Of a stretch of 64,000 bases of DNA, positions 13,308 to 27,344 are shown one piece after another. The stretch is from Glaucostegus cemiculus (lineage: Eukaryota). The first letter of the stretch is position 1, and the number at the start of each line of letters is the position of its first letter. Under the pieces are notes generated by a model. The model saw only the letters and a program-made list of their open reading frames with translations, searched no databases and was not told the origin of the DNA. The stretch lies in assembly GCA_976551045.1 (NCBI GenBank), contig CDPCPM010000418.1, positions 3,286,001-3,350,000 on the forward strand. Reading direction: 5' to 3'. Position numbers and translations under genes: made by a program.

Positions 13308-15989
13308 AAGAATGAGAACAAGAATGAGAAAGAGAGAGAAATAGAATTATCTGCCTGGAAGTTCATGCCCAGTAGGTAGCGCTAAATGCATTATATAGCA
13401 GCAAAACAACAGCTTCCAAAACCCAGTCCCATTGAAGCCAATGTCTGACCAAGGACAGATTGATGTACAAAGAGACTTGCAGCCCAGAAGGAGACCAATG
13501 CCCAGCTCTGGATCAGTTCTGTTGAGAAAACAATTCACTGAGTTCTATTCCCTTTGTTGGTTGCAAAACTCTTGTCCACTTATGAAATGTTTTGTTTTCA
13601 CCATTGTTTGCCCCTGGATATTCCATGTCTAACAACCTCCAGAAAGAAAGTTAAAATGAGAGAAAGAAACAGGGAGGGGGGTGCAGAGAAAGAAAAAATG
13701 CAATAAAGAAAGGAAGAAAAAGTGAAAGGAAGAGAGAAAGATGGACTGATCCAAGGGAGAAAGTGATAGTTGGGCACTAAGTGTAATGGAATGAAATGGA
13801 GAAGACACAGATGACAGAAGGAAGAGAATCACAGTAAGAAAGATCTATCTTTCTTAAGGTTTTAAACTTTTGACCTCCACTTCTATGCTTACAGTCCAAA
13901 GTTCAATCACACCATGGTACATCAGCAAGGTCTACCCCATCCCTCACATTTCAGGACTTATACTTTTACATCCATTACTTTACACTCTCCCATTTTCTCA
14001 GTCGTATTCATTAGCATCATGAGCATTCAGTGGAAGATAAGGCTGCGCTTTAAAACATGAAGCTTGACATTGATGTCATTCTGTCACCCAGGCAGAGGTC
14101 AAAGCTGGTGGATAAGAAGGAAAAAAGAAAAGTCAGGAGCTGGAAGAACAGCCCTGGACTCAGTCTGGTGGCAGTCCTTGGTGACTGACCTCACTCTTAA
14201 CTGACTTGATCACAAGGTGCACGCTCTCATTAGATGTGATAGATGGAAGGCATTATTCAGACTTCCCAAAGAGATTAAAGAATGCTCTAATGTACAAGCA
14301 GAGAATAAAGAAAGAGAAATAGTTGCAATAATAATATTTCTGGGATCTTGCTCTATGCATTTGGCTTTGCATTAACATTAACAACTGCATTTTAATTTGA
14401 AGAAATTTCAAAAACTTCATTGAGGCAATTATTCCCTCTTTGAAAATGCTGACAGTCCTCTTGGTTGATTTTCATCATTCCCTGTTCTTGATTTGAATTT
14501 CCAATATTCATTCACTCTGGTTCTGGAATAATCTCCCCTTCCCCCAAGGCTGATTCACCCATCTCCCTACGGCCCCATTTTACCTACCCTCAGGTCAATG
14601 TCAATGCTGCTGCCACAATGAGATCAGATCAATTGACTCACCTTCAAGTTCCTTCCCTCCCACTTCCACCAAGCCTAGGCCAGATCACAATCCAAAAGCC
14701 TGTCAACGAGAAAAGATCTGGTGGGCTTGGTGGCCTTTCCTGCATTGTAAATACTGCATAATATTAAGGGAGAGATTCCACAAATGCTAATGCTAAATAG
14801 TTGGCATAGTAGTAACTGTCAGTGGTACATGGTGCCTCACATTTTGTACCACTGAATCAATGTTGAGATAAGATTTCAACTGGTAGCCAACATTCTCAGA
14901 CCAATCTGGCACTAACAACTTAAAACAAATCTCTCTCTCCATCATACTGTATGGCTAACAGGAAATGCAATATGGGATGATTGGCCAAACTGACAATCTC
15001 CTTTAGAAAGGCTAACGTAGCAAGTGTGTGTGTCCCACTATTGCAATATTGGATGCTTTTCTGAGAGGGGTCTTAGATCATTTCTCAATCTGGGCTGAAT
15101 AAAACTAGTTTAACTTTAACCCAACATTTTACTCACCTGTTGAGACCGGTAAATGTTTCTTTCCCCCATTTCCTCCACCCAACATGATAGTTTCCCTCAA
15201 CAATGACAAAGCATGCAGGTTTGAATCAACCATTCTGATCAGTGTATTTGTGAGTTTAGAGGTAAAGGAACCAGAGAAATTTTCAGGAAATTTTTCTTAA
15301 TGTGGGAAGTACAGAAAAGAATAATGTGGAGGCTATGAGGAGGCTGGGATTAATTGCATGGCTGCAAAAGGAAGCCAACATGGAATCAAAATGGGCTTGT
15401 TCTGTATTACTATTATTTTACAATTTTATGATTGTAAACTGGAGAGATTTTTATGATTCGATGCATTGAGTTAAAGGGCAGTGGAAGCAACTTCAATTAT
15501 AATTTTCAAAAAGGAACTGGATAAATGATTGAATGAGACAAGTTTGCAGAAGGATGGGGAAAGGCCAGGAACTAACTACTTTACACATTCAAAGCAGATC
15601 CTGATGGACCAAAAGGCCCCTTTTAGCATTAATCTTGCAACATTGCAGTTCCAATTTCTATTTCAGGGATAGACTATTCCAAATCTATGCAAAGGAATAT
15701 ATAAAACCATTTTTATTTGTTTCAGTGCTTTTTGACAGAAGCCAAGATTTAATATTTTAAAAAAAACATTGTTTACTTTGTCCCAGAGGTTACAGGTGAC
15801 CCCAGGAATTCTATGCCATGGTAGGGAGACTATTAGTGTATGCAGGATCTAAAGTGATAATGCCTTCACCAGTTCCAGGATTGAATTTGGGTATCCAACT
15901 CTCTTACATAGTGACACAGTTAAAACCGTGTCACGTCACTATGTTTCGAAGAATTGATTTGATCAAAGACTTTGTAATAATAAAAGAAA

Positions 15990-16430
15990 TGTAATAGGGT
16001 ATGTAATATTGAAACAATTCCCACCTGATGGGAGAATCTAGAATAAGACACCATAATCTGAGAGATGCCAGACCCGTTTTTTTTTTCACAGAGTGGAAAT
16101 ATAGAACTGGTATTGGTATTGGTTTATTATTGTCACTTGTACCAAGGTACAGTGACAAGCTTGTCTTACAAACCAATCGTACAGGTCAATTCATTACTCA
16201 GTGCAGTTACAGTGAGATAGTACAGAGTGCATTGATGTAGTTTTCCAAAAGACTGTGATGCCTGGGGTATAATACTGAAATTTCCCAGAATATTGATAGG
16301 TTTTTATGAGATAAAGGTACCAATGGATATGGAACAAGGGCTGGTAAATGAAGTTGAGCTACAAATCAGGCATTACCTACCAAAAAGGCAATACGCGCTC
16401 AAAGAAGCAAACGAACTCCTCCTGACTGAT
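15990..16430 (+). mobile_element. CR1 3' fragment interrupted by a Rex1-like 3' end (about 16108-16240, minus strand)
   Basis: The CR1 sequence GESRIRHHNLRDARPVFFFT breaks at ggtattggtattggtttattattgtcac and resumes at about 16241. Confidence 0.7.
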
Positions 16431-19400
16431 TACCTGTAAAAGAGTTGTTAAATGTGTGAGGTTTGGTTGACTTGCTACTCATCAGTGCTGTCTTCTGAAG
16501 AAGAAAAGACTCCAACTATGGGATGCATTGCATCTCAAAGTCACATTTAGCAATCTCCCTCCTTAACAATGAATCCCACTAAGCCTGCTGTCTCACGGTC
16601 CTTTGTAGGATGTGTGACTGGACATCAAAGTCTCTAATGAGAATAGAGAAAGCAGCGAGGATCGATTCTTCATGCCGCACACTTATCAGACAGAATGACC
16701 TCCATAAGGCATGGGGTACACTCAGGTGCTGCTGACTAATTAGTGTACATGGCAATATAAATAGATGCAAGGGCTCTTTGATAACAAGCATACTGCTGAA
16801 TTGAACAAGACCATGAATATTATTATTGTGACACTCAACTCACCGCAACAACAGGCAAATAGCTGGTGCTTCCTGTAGCTCAGTTAAATCTTCAAATTCA
16901 GCAGAAACCAGTGGAAACTTTTAATACAATTCAGCAGGTGGAATACATTTGGTTAATAAGTCCAGTTTTACAGCCTGCCTGAGGTTACTCCCATTTGGAT
17001 GTAACGACCTATTTTACATCTACTCAATATTACCACCAATTGACTTCAACGGCAAAAGTAGATTAAAATGACTACCCTGAGAAACAGCTGCACAAGCTGA
17101 ATTTTCGTTCATTAATTAATGAATATGTGATCAGCTGGAATGATGGGAGCAAGCAGACTGGTAATTATAGGGTAGATTAACTGTTCTTCCTGTCCGGCAC
17201 ACACTGGGAATGCAAAATGGAAAATGGCCAACCCAGCATTCTCACTCTGTAAAAATCCATGGCAGAACCTCACAAGTTGGGATATTAATTTCCCAATATA
17301 TTTTCTTTGTATGCACCATGAACACCAATGTATAAATTCCCTTCCAGTACAGTCAGTCAAAAGCCACATAATATTACCACATAATCTCGTAGCATTGAGT
17401 GCACCATTGCCCTGTTAGCCAAAAAGGAGAAGAATCTTTATATTTATTTATTCTCGGGATGTGATGCCAGCAGTTACTGTCAATCTCTAGTTGGCCTTAA
17501 GAAAGTGGCATTGCACCTTCTTCCTGAACACTTGCAGTTCGTATGGTGGAAGTTCTCCCATTACACTGAAAATATTGGGCAGTGCTAGGATTTTAAACTT
17601 GTGACAAGGGAAGGAATGACTGATTTACCACCAAATGAGACTTAGTTGGTGGTGTTCCTGTGCAGCTGCTGCTCTTGTCCTTCTAGGTGGTGAAGGTTGC
17701 AGATTTAGAGGAGCTCTCTGCAAGTGGTTGCAATGCATAAGCTCCAGCTCCATAGAGTGAGGAGTAGAGGGAATGAACAACAAACCCAATTACACTGGGC
17801 CACAGAGGAAGTGGTACGCCACATTGATTGTACTTTTTTGTTATATATAGTTACCAGGCTTGGGTGAAGGAAGCACAATTTGGCAACATAATATATATTA
17901 ATAAGGTAGTTGCAGCCTTCAAGATAACATAAACTGAAGAACATATGAGAAACAGCATGGAGATCTATCATCATCTAAACTGCCCTTCTCTGAGGCAGGT
18001 ACACCAGCAGAGGAACCTGTGGGTGCATATTCAGAAATGACTAAAAATGTCAGGGCAATCCAATAAAGCAGTGTATGGGATACTTCATATTATGAGAAGG
18101 ACTTTTAAGTGCAAAAACAAGATACCAGTTACCACTGAGGCTTCATAGGAATACCATGTACCATTCTGGGTAAGATATCTTATGAAGGACGTGAGGTGTC
18201 TTGGGGAGGTGACAATGGATGATGCCAGAGTGAAGCTTCCAACTATTGTGGAAGAATTGAACACTGGGATTAATTTCATTGATGAGATCAGTGCTGCACA
18301 ACTTCTTTTGAATGGAAAGGGCAAGATCGACCATCTGATCCATTTCTGATGGGTCCTCAAACCAAAGTGTAAATTTTGAATTTCCTGAATGAATTTACCC
18401 AATGAATTTGCAGCATGTTAGACCAGACACAAGTTTGTCAACTCCACTCATTTCGATGGAGAGCAATAGGTACGTTTTTAATAATTGACATTTTTAAATT
18501 AATTGAGTTAAATTAAATGGTTTTGATTTTTACCAAATGCATTTTATTGCTTAAAGTATTTTCAAGTAAATTTATTTTTATTTTTTTGAAAAAATGATCT
18601 TTATTTTTCTATTAGTATGATTAATTTTTAATAATTTTTGTATAGTTTTTGAAATTTGCAAATGTCAGATACAGTTACAAACATTCAATCCCTTTGATGA
18701 ATATGAGAGCCAGTGAGCTAGGGGGAGTGACCTAACTGTCAGTCAAAGGAACTCTGGAGTGGGGTCTGCATGTTCTGAAAGAAACCTCTGCCCTTGCTAA
18801 TCAGGAGCCAACTTCATTGGCCATGTTGTCGCTCCATGTGAGGTAGTGATGAGTACATCTGGTGAACGGGAGGGAAAAGGTGTGGCGGTTCTGAGTTAGG
18901 TGGTGCCCATTGCATATTGAGACGGGCTGGATGGAAACATCCCATGGGCTAGAAACTGTTGCCCATCAGACAAGATAAAGTAGAGACCTACCATGGAGAG
19001 TTTTGATCGATGAAGGAGTCAGGAACTGTTTCCTCTGGCAAGTGTTTGGTAACCAGTGGTCATAAGTTCAAAAGGAATGAGAGGAATTAAGGAAGTTTCC
19101 TTATGACACCACTGGAATGCACCATCTGAAGGTGCTGTGGAAATTAATTTGACAGGAGCTTAAAAAAAGTACATGAATACCTTTGGTTTGGAAATATGCT
19201 GAGTTCTATAAGGGCTTCAGCAGAGAACTTGTGTCATTTTGCTGTCCCTCCATTGATGGAGCAGAAACTACAATGGTTTACTTTATGGTCTGCAGTTTGG
19301 GTTGAGAGGCAACAATTGTACTGTGGCTTGCCTACAATTTCCCATTGTGCATTGACATATTATGAGGTTGATGACACACTAATGTACTTGGAATTATATC

Positions 19401-19844
19401 TGATCAAGAGTAACTTGTAAAGTTAGGGCAAAAAAGCTGTAAAGTGTGACTAATTGAATAGCTCTTTCAAAAAGCCAATCAGGATACATCTGACAAAATG
19501 ACCTCCTTCTGTGTTAGAGGATAATATGATTCTTTGGAACAGGAAATGTATGAAGCTATTAAAACTCATAATTCTAGATGTACTACCATGCCGATGATTC
19601 CTTTATCACCTCTCATTTGTGCACTGTGGCCATCGCTCCATTGAACTTGCCACTTGTTTGGCCTGAATAGCTAGCATAACCATTGGTTGTTATCTGCCAC
19701 CTCTTTCCTGCAACATTTCTGGGGTAAAGATACTGGTTGTTGACACACTGAATATGGATGCCAGCTATGAAGATGTTCATTGCTTTGCTTGGAGACAGTA
19801 AAGTGAGCAGCTCCCTCTCCTGAACCCACACTCAACAACCCTGT

Positions 19845-20530
19845 AACTTGCAATTATATTGTGCCTTTAAAGCAATAAAATGTTCCTTGATGCTTCACAT
19901 AAGTCTAATTCAACATAAGAGTGACAGTCACTTAAGAAAGCAACACAGCAAGTGACAAAGGTTTTGAGGAGCAAAATAAAGAATGAGATTGTGGTTGGTG
20001 ATCCAAGACATATAGGGAAAGACTTCCAGAATTTAGCACTTAGGTATCAAAAGGCATAGCTGTCAGGCAGGTGCACAAAAGAGGTCAGAATTAGAGGAGC
20101 TGAATAATGACAGTAGTTTGTTGCATTGGAGATGGTTGCATCAATGGGGAGAACAAAGACCCTGGATGGATTTGAAAACAAGGCTGAGACTGGGATGTAA
20201 TGTAAATGAATGGAAGAGACTCAGTTTGAGTTTGGTTATAAAACATAGCGTCTTGGAAATAGAGGGTTGCTGAGGAGGTCTTTGAAATAGAGGGCAGCTG
20301 AGGAGGGCTTTAAATAGTTGACCCTGCAGGTAGAAAAGCATGGATGAGAATGTTAGCTGGGTAGAGAGCGGTCATGAAAGTAAACTGGCTTAGTGACGGA
20401 ATGGGAGTGGAAACTTATCCTGCAGAAAACTAGGATTGGGATTATGAACAGTCTGGTTCATCCTAGGACAATGACCACAGAGAGGAATGGAATCAGTGAA
20501 GTGGGAGCCCAATGGTAGTAGCAACTTTTC
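19845..20530 (-). mobile_element. L2 LINE 3' fragment
   Basis: Reverse-orientation L2 tail (acttgcaattatattgtgcctttaa, ttccagaatttag, cctggatggatttgaaaacaagg). Confidence 0.65.
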
Positions 20531-22819
20531 CCTGCAGAATCTGATAATCCTTTGAGCTGCAATCCAATCTGATCATTTTTGATTGGTGTTGCAAACTTAA
20601 AAGTTCTCAATTGATTTTCATAAAGCTACCGCAATGGTAAAGGAGTGGCCAATTTTGTTTGAATATATTCCTGGAGATTTCATCTCCCAACTCCATTCAC
20701 ATTCCTCTGTCAAACCATTTATTCCACCTCCAATACTTTCATCATTTAATAAAACAAAAGTGTTCAATGAAAGTAGCAAAACATTAATTGTTTTAAATGT
20801 TTTTCATGTAGCAATATTCTGGAAGGTTTTTATTATCTCTGGAGACTGTGTGGCAATTCTGTAGTCTTGGCAGCTGGAGTGAAGACTATGACCAGGCACA
20901 GAATCTGAGTACAGTCCAAATGCAAATACATGTTGTTTATCTTATTTGTGGCAAAATAAAATGAGCCTTACCACCACTATCCCTCTGCACAGCTTCCGTA
21001 ATTTTGTAGATGGTTTGCTTTAGTCCTCGAAATTCTCTGCAGAAGCAGTATTTCAAAAATTTGAGTGTCTAAAGAAATAGATAGGAAAATCAGGACGGAA
21101 AATAGAAAAAGTTGTCTTAATTTATTTTCTAATGAAATTTTCCTTTCCATTCAGGTAGATGTTTATCCCTGAGGGGCTGGATTTCCATGAATGTTAACAG
21201 TCCTCTGGTACCTTGCCCAGGTCATCTGTCTTTATGTAATGACATAGAACTTACAGTGCAGAAATGGGTCACAATTTTCTTCCACAAAAGCTCTTTATCT
21301 AACCTATTCAGCATATTCTCCTTCTCGCTATGTATCCTGCATCTAATTCTGTGCATGCATCTGGCTGTGAGTGTGTTTCTTTCTGCGACTCTGCATTTGA
21401 TTGTGAATATATATCTGACAATGAGTTTGTATCTGAAGGCTACATGAAATGGCATGGAAGTGGAGTTGAGGCCTGGGGCAGATCAGCTATGATCGCACTG
21501 AATGGCAGAACAGACTTGAAGAGCCAGGTGACCTTTTCCTACTCCTATTTTTCTTGTGTTCTTGTGACTGTGAGTATGCTTCTCCCACTCCTTAGCCCTC
21601 TGTCCCTCGCACATTATGCGACCTGGAGACCGTGGAAGATAGGGGTCCCCATGGGTCTGGGGACCAATCTGGGAGACAGAGACCCTGTAAGTTTTGGGTC
21701 ATTGCACATGCTGAGTGAGGATAGTGACTGAGTGAAATGCTTCCTGTCCCACAGGTTGAATCCGCCACCATTGTCCAGGAAATTATGCACCAGAACCCAC
21801 TAATCTGCCCGGATTGTTGGGGGAGACTGTGACACCACACTGTTGGGCAATGCCAAGTTGGCGATTCTCCCAAAGTTTTATAGAAGAGGTTCAGGGGATC
21901 TAAGATAGGCTACTGGCTTTGGGCAGCCCTGCTGCCTGGACCAGGGCAAGGAAGGGGTGAGGAGGGCAAGTCCCAGTGACAAGGAAAGATGACCTTACTC
22001 CAGGAGATAGAGCAAGCAGTCAGCAGCTGGAGATTAGGTGTTAGAGAGAGAAAACTGAGTGGGAAAAGAAAGGGAAAGAGTTAAAAGGGAAAGGGGTAAG
22101 TGAAATGGAAATGAATGAAGAGAGAGGGGAACCAAGGGAGGGTTGACTGAGGGGAGAAGTTAGATCTGGGGACAGGATGGAGAGACTGAGAGAGAAGCTA
22201 CTGAGGCATAAAGGGGATCAGGTTGGGGGGAATAGTGAGGGAGGGGCTGGACCTGTGTGTGCTTTGATCAACGAGAAATGGGGGGGCTATGTGGGAGGGA
22301 AGGGTTAGATTGATTTTAGAGCAGGATAAAATGTCGGCAAAACATTGTGGGCTGAAGGGCCTGTACTGTGCTGTAATGTTCTATGTGTGCGTGCATGTGT
22401 GTGTGTGTGAGAGAGACATATATGCATTTGGGCTTAATCTGTGCAGCAGAAGTTGTCCACTCATTTTAGATCGCCTTGTCAATGGACCAAGACTATGGCC
22501 TGTTAAAGCAGTGTGTTGGCTAGCATGCAATGGTCAATCCAACACTAAAGGAATTCACAAAAAAGGCACCTTCCAGTCCTCAGGGCCGGAGTGGATGCAA
22601 GTCATTTTTGACCCTGATGGACTGCCTAAGTGAAAGAGAAGTAGAAATGCATCTGTGCTATTTGTCATAACCACTGCAAGTGGTAATGAGTTCCATCTTC
22701 TAACCATCATCTGGGTAATGAACTTCCTCTCGAATTCCTTAATGGGTTCATTCATGAGGAACTTATATTGCTGGGCTTTGGATCCTCCCTACAAGTGGAT
22801 GAACTGGATCACTGCAGCA

Positions 22820-23195
22820 AAGAAAGAAGGTTTGCATTTCTATAGCACCTTTCATGAGTACAGGCAATGAAATAGTTTTGAAGTGTGGTCACTATTGTAA
22901 CATTAGAAACATGACAACCAATTTGCACACAATAAGGTCCCACTGATCAGACAATGTGTTAAAGGGTGAAGGGAGAGGTGTTCTGGTCAAGGGATATGTG
23001 TTGGCCAGGTAACCAGGCAGAATTCATCTCCTCTTGTTCAAAATGATGACAAGGAATCTTTTACCACCATATGAAAGCAAAGAGAGGGTTTGGTTTAACA
23101 TCACATCTAGAAGACAGCCCTTTGACAGTATAGCACTCTCTCAGTACGGCACTGAAAGCAACAGCCTGGATTATATATTCAAGTCTCTGGAGAGA
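22820..23195 (-). mobile_element. Deu-domain SINE
   Basis: Reverse motifs ttgcatttctatagcacctttcat, ggtttaacatcacatctagaagacagc, tagcactctctcagtacggcactg. Confidence 0.75.
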
Positions 23196-24689
23196 TCACC
23201 GGATGCAGAGACAGGAATATCATCCAATGACTCGTCGGGTAGGAAGTGTCAAAGATAACTATTAGAGAGCCCATTCTACCTCCTAGTTATGGCTTGACTT
23301 TTGTTGGTGACTTTCTCTGTTGCCTCTATTTAACTGTTGTATCAGACAAAGCTCCAGTAATTTTCCAATAAATCAGCTCAAAGACTCAGTGCAGTGGTAA
23401 ACAGGGCACACATTGCTGGTCACAACCTTCCAGGTCCTTCATCATAGTACCATCCTGCATTCCTTCCATCGCTCATTTCCACTAAGAGACACTAAACAGC
23501 TCAAGGCTGATGTAAATGGTAGACTTTATGAGCTCATCCTTCAGAAAAGTGCTCCTCAAATTATCCCCAAATATTTTTCTCCTACCATTTCACATTATAT
23601 AACAATGCTTCAAACATCATCCCTAAATATGCCTTACCCTAATGATTTTAGGCTTGCTTATCGCATTGACAACATAGGATTAATTTACCTTCTGTGGTCC
23701 ATTAATAATCTTACCTGCATCACATAGGAATCTTCTCTTCATCTGTCTCACCTCTCCTCAAACTTACTCTTCTCGCTGGTCTTCCTCCTGAACTGTCAAC
23801 ATCACAGACCGTTAGGGACAACATCAATGAGTACCTCATTTTTTCTCTCAGGTGTTCAGAGTCTGTCCTTACATCATAGAACAGGAGGCCATTCAGCCCT
23901 TCATGTCTGTCCCATCATTGATTTAATGGACTTGCCCACCTGATTCCAATTCCATGTACCTACCTTTGAATCATGTCACTACAGTATAAAGGATCAATTA
24001 TTCCATTATAATGCCAAATACATTTACATACTGTAATGCGGTGTGTTATTTCATATTTATGTACAGTACTGTTATATAATACATAAGGTCCACTATTATA
24101 CAATATCTTTGATGTCAATGCAGATAGGTTCTACTATTATGTATAAAAGAAAGCATTACAACGTGTAGAGTCCTATGACATTATTGTGTGAGTAATTTCA
24201 TGATATGCATAAGGCCTGTGTTAATCTGTCCTTCTAATTGACTTTTGACCAAATTGGAACAATGGAGATTGAGCAGTATGACACACAGAACAATGGATTC
24301 CAACATTCCAAGGCTGAATTCCATGTGGTTAGTTTAGATGGGAGTTGCTTAAATGAACATCAGCACACAGAACAAACTTTGCTCTTTCTCTGCTGCTTCA
24401 GCTGGTTTCAAAACTAAAATGTATAAGGAGTCAATCAGCACAAAAAAATCTGTTCTGGATTATAATGGATTAGTTTAAAATAGAGCTCAAAAGATATTAT
24501 CATTTGGCTGCAATCTGAAGGGACAAGGTAGATCCCACAGATCTTTTCTCTATAAGTTTATCTGTGAGGCTGATCCACATTTTCTACACAGTAATAAGGT
24601 GTTTGTGGTGATGGGTGGGTCTAGAGGCTGGTGAAAGCTACTTAGTCCATGATATTGGCTTGTCCTTCTTTAGTTTGTAACTGAGTGGT

Positions 24690-24970
24690 GCTTTTCCAGA
24701 GGGCAATTCAGGGAAAACAGCAATGTGGGACTCATATGGAAATCCAGATCCATGTATGGATGGTATGAATCCTTCCCAATAGGACATCAGTAAACTAGCT
24801 GGATCTTAGGTGACAACTGGATCACTTTGTTGTCACCATTACTGATATCCAGTTTTAATTCCAACTTGAGTTAGTTTTATTCAAAAGTGAATTCAAATGC
24901 ACAGATGTCAATGTGGGATTTGAACTCATGGACTCTATTACTTGCATCATACAGTAATCACCACACTCCT
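24690..24970 (-). mobile_element. tRNA-derived SINE, decayed
   Basis: Contains ccttcccaataggacatcagtaaactagctgg and the reverse B-box gtgggatttgaactc. Same family as 25395-25680 and 54760-55300. Confidence 0.7.
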
Positions 24971-25394
24971 GTAACTAACGCTATTAAAAATTGAAAAGCT
25001 CATTTGCATCCAATTCAGTCTTTCAGTATTTTGAAATTGGGTTATGTCCTTTCGCTCTTGAGAAAAACACAATCTCCACAAATAGGGTTTGAGCTTTGTG
25101 AAACCTTCTCACCATGTTGCAAATCATTTCTAAAAGATTTATTACCATTTGAAGGTATATTGATCAGAATTGCACATCAGGACATGGATTATGGGCATTT
25201 TATAAAGTAATCTATAACCAGCTCAAGAATGGAGATCCTGGGATGGGTCTATGTCTGTGTCCCTTTAAGATTGCTTATGTATGGGAAGTGCCAGTGAGGT
25301 GCATTAGTCTAATAAATCTAATGACCGGGCTCCTTTGTTAGGCATGTATCCTGGAGAACTGAGCGTCTTGCTACAAACTTTAGAGGGAGATAAG

Positions 25395-25680
25395 AATGGA
25401 ATGGAGTCACATATGGGCCCAGAGTGGGTAAAGATGGCACATTTTCCCTTTAGAGACAGTCACATTAGTGAACCAATTGGGTCTTTGCAAGATTCTAATA
25501 GCTTAGTGGTCACTTTGACTGAGCCCTGCTTTCTATTTTTCTATTTTTAGATTTATTTAAAGCCTAAATTCAAATTCTCTAAGTGCCACATTGTGGTCTG
25601 AACTTGCATTGTTGTTAGATTATTACTGAAGCCTCCGGATTACTGGTCCAGCCACATAACCAACAAACCACTGCACCCTG
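25395..25680 (-). mobile_element. tRNA-derived SINE, decayed
   Basis: Contains gggtaaagatggcacattttcc...cattagtgaaccaattggg...ggattactggtccagccacataacca. Confidence 0.7.
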
Positions 25681-25899
25681 AGCTAGCCAACCTTTAAGCG
25701 TCTCTGTTTTGGGGGAATTTGCTGGTTCATATCCATCTGAATTGCTGGTGATGCGAGGATGGTGTCCAGCAAATAGGAAGACTGGTACATTGCAGCCAGT
25801 GTAGGATGCACAGTACCCTTTCAGTTGGGTATCATATTGTGGAGTGTGTGCATGAGCTTCTGATTGTGACACAATACCCAGGGGAAGGCTGGCAATGAG

Positions 25900-26700
25900 C
25901 AAAAAGAGATGGTCTTAATCTTCCCTCCTCACCCCACCCCCTTCCCACCTCCAGGGACAAAAGGGGGACAGACCAGCCTTGTCTCTGACTCATCGTCCGC
26001 CAGACGTTACACAGAGGACCTGGCGGAGACTGACTACCCGCCTTGTCGGAAGGGACACAGATCCTGGCACAGAGTGGGCAGGAGGAAGAGGCGGAAAAAT
26101 ACATCAAAAATAAATCTGATAAAAGGCTCTCTCTGTTGTCCACCCGTAAAGAGAATTCAACAGCAGCATGATAATCGGCAAGGGTATGAGAACAAGATAG
26201 AACCTGCTCTCAGAAGCCAAAAACAAAATGAAACCCATCGTAAGATTTATTAATGGATCGTTTAAGCAGTTGGCTATGTATTCACTTTAAAAAAAAACAT
26301 TTTTTTTAGCTTCTCCCAGATTAACACTGACACGACCTTCAACAGAAATCCTCCCGACAACAACCACATAAACTACATTAAAAAAAAGGAACTCGGATCA
26401 CAAACCTCCTCCTTTTTCTTTCCCGGTTTCTGTATTCTCGGTGGTGGATTCAAGGCAAATGACTCCCAACAATAAGCGCTTGTTCAGCTGGATGGCAGCA
26501 GCTGGGAAATGACTGCATCTGACCTATGTGCCAACGCTAGTGGTGCCAACTGCATGACATCACCAGGCTTCCCCCCACCCCCCCACCCCTCTCCCCCCCT
26601 CCCCCTTCCTCCATGCAGACAGTGGCCTGTGCTCATCAAGAATCACGGGAAGGATGGTTGCTCCCTGGGCAACTGTGTGCAACCCAAGGGGATTAAAGAA
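25900..26700 (-). promoter_or_regulatory. Candidate promoter / first-exon island (orientation tentative)
   Basis: Repeat-free and relatively CpG-retaining. Contains a C-run (G-rich on minus) at 26571-26610, two TGCCAA NFI half-sites, CRE-like TGACATCA, and GTTGC...GGCAAC at about 26657-26673. Confidence 0.4.
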
Positions 26701-27344
26701 ACCTTTCTTTTGATTTTAAATGGTATTTCTTTTCTCTTTTTGTCTCTAATCTACTGATGAAACCTTGCCTTAAGTGGAAGACCCAGTGCTATTTCACTTT
26801 ATATCGGAGTCTACAGCACTGATACAGGCCATTCTGCCCTATTGTCTCTGCTGGCACATGTGATTTTTATGTTTATTTCATTTCTGTTCTGGAAAATACC
26901 TCATCTTAAAGAGACACTTCCTTCTGGAAAAAAATTGTTCAGCAAAACAATTTCTTTTTAAGTATGTTACAATACTGTTCATTTTATTTTGGAAAAGCCA
27001 GTATGCAATGAAAACTCCCCCCCAGCCCTTCTCTGCCTATGACCAAGCATTAATTAAAATGTTTCCTCAACTCAAATCTTTGACCTCACTTTCCTGCCTG
27101 TTATTTTTTTCAATTAATTTTAGGATGAAAGTGTGCTGACAAGGCAGCACTTTTTGACCAGATAAGGTAGTACTGGCTCCACCTTCAAAGGAAAAGGCCA
27201 TTCTGTCCATTATGGCAGTACTGACTCCCTAAAAACCTAATTAGGCTCACTCCCAAGCTGCAGGAAATTCCTTTCCTGAACTGCTTTAGGTCAAGTTACC
27301 AGGAATCCAGGGCTAAGGAGGATGGGTCAACAACGATAAGTAAG

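Noticed and set aside
12989-13366. 125-aa hydrophobic ORF and the opposite ER-repeat ORF
   Set aside because: Artefacts of the (AG)n/purine tract.
15137-15185. Minus-strand ATG frame MLGGGNGGKKHLPVST ending at CAG|GTGAGT
   Set aside because: Only a good donor and a short unrecognised peptide; expected by chance in 64 kb.
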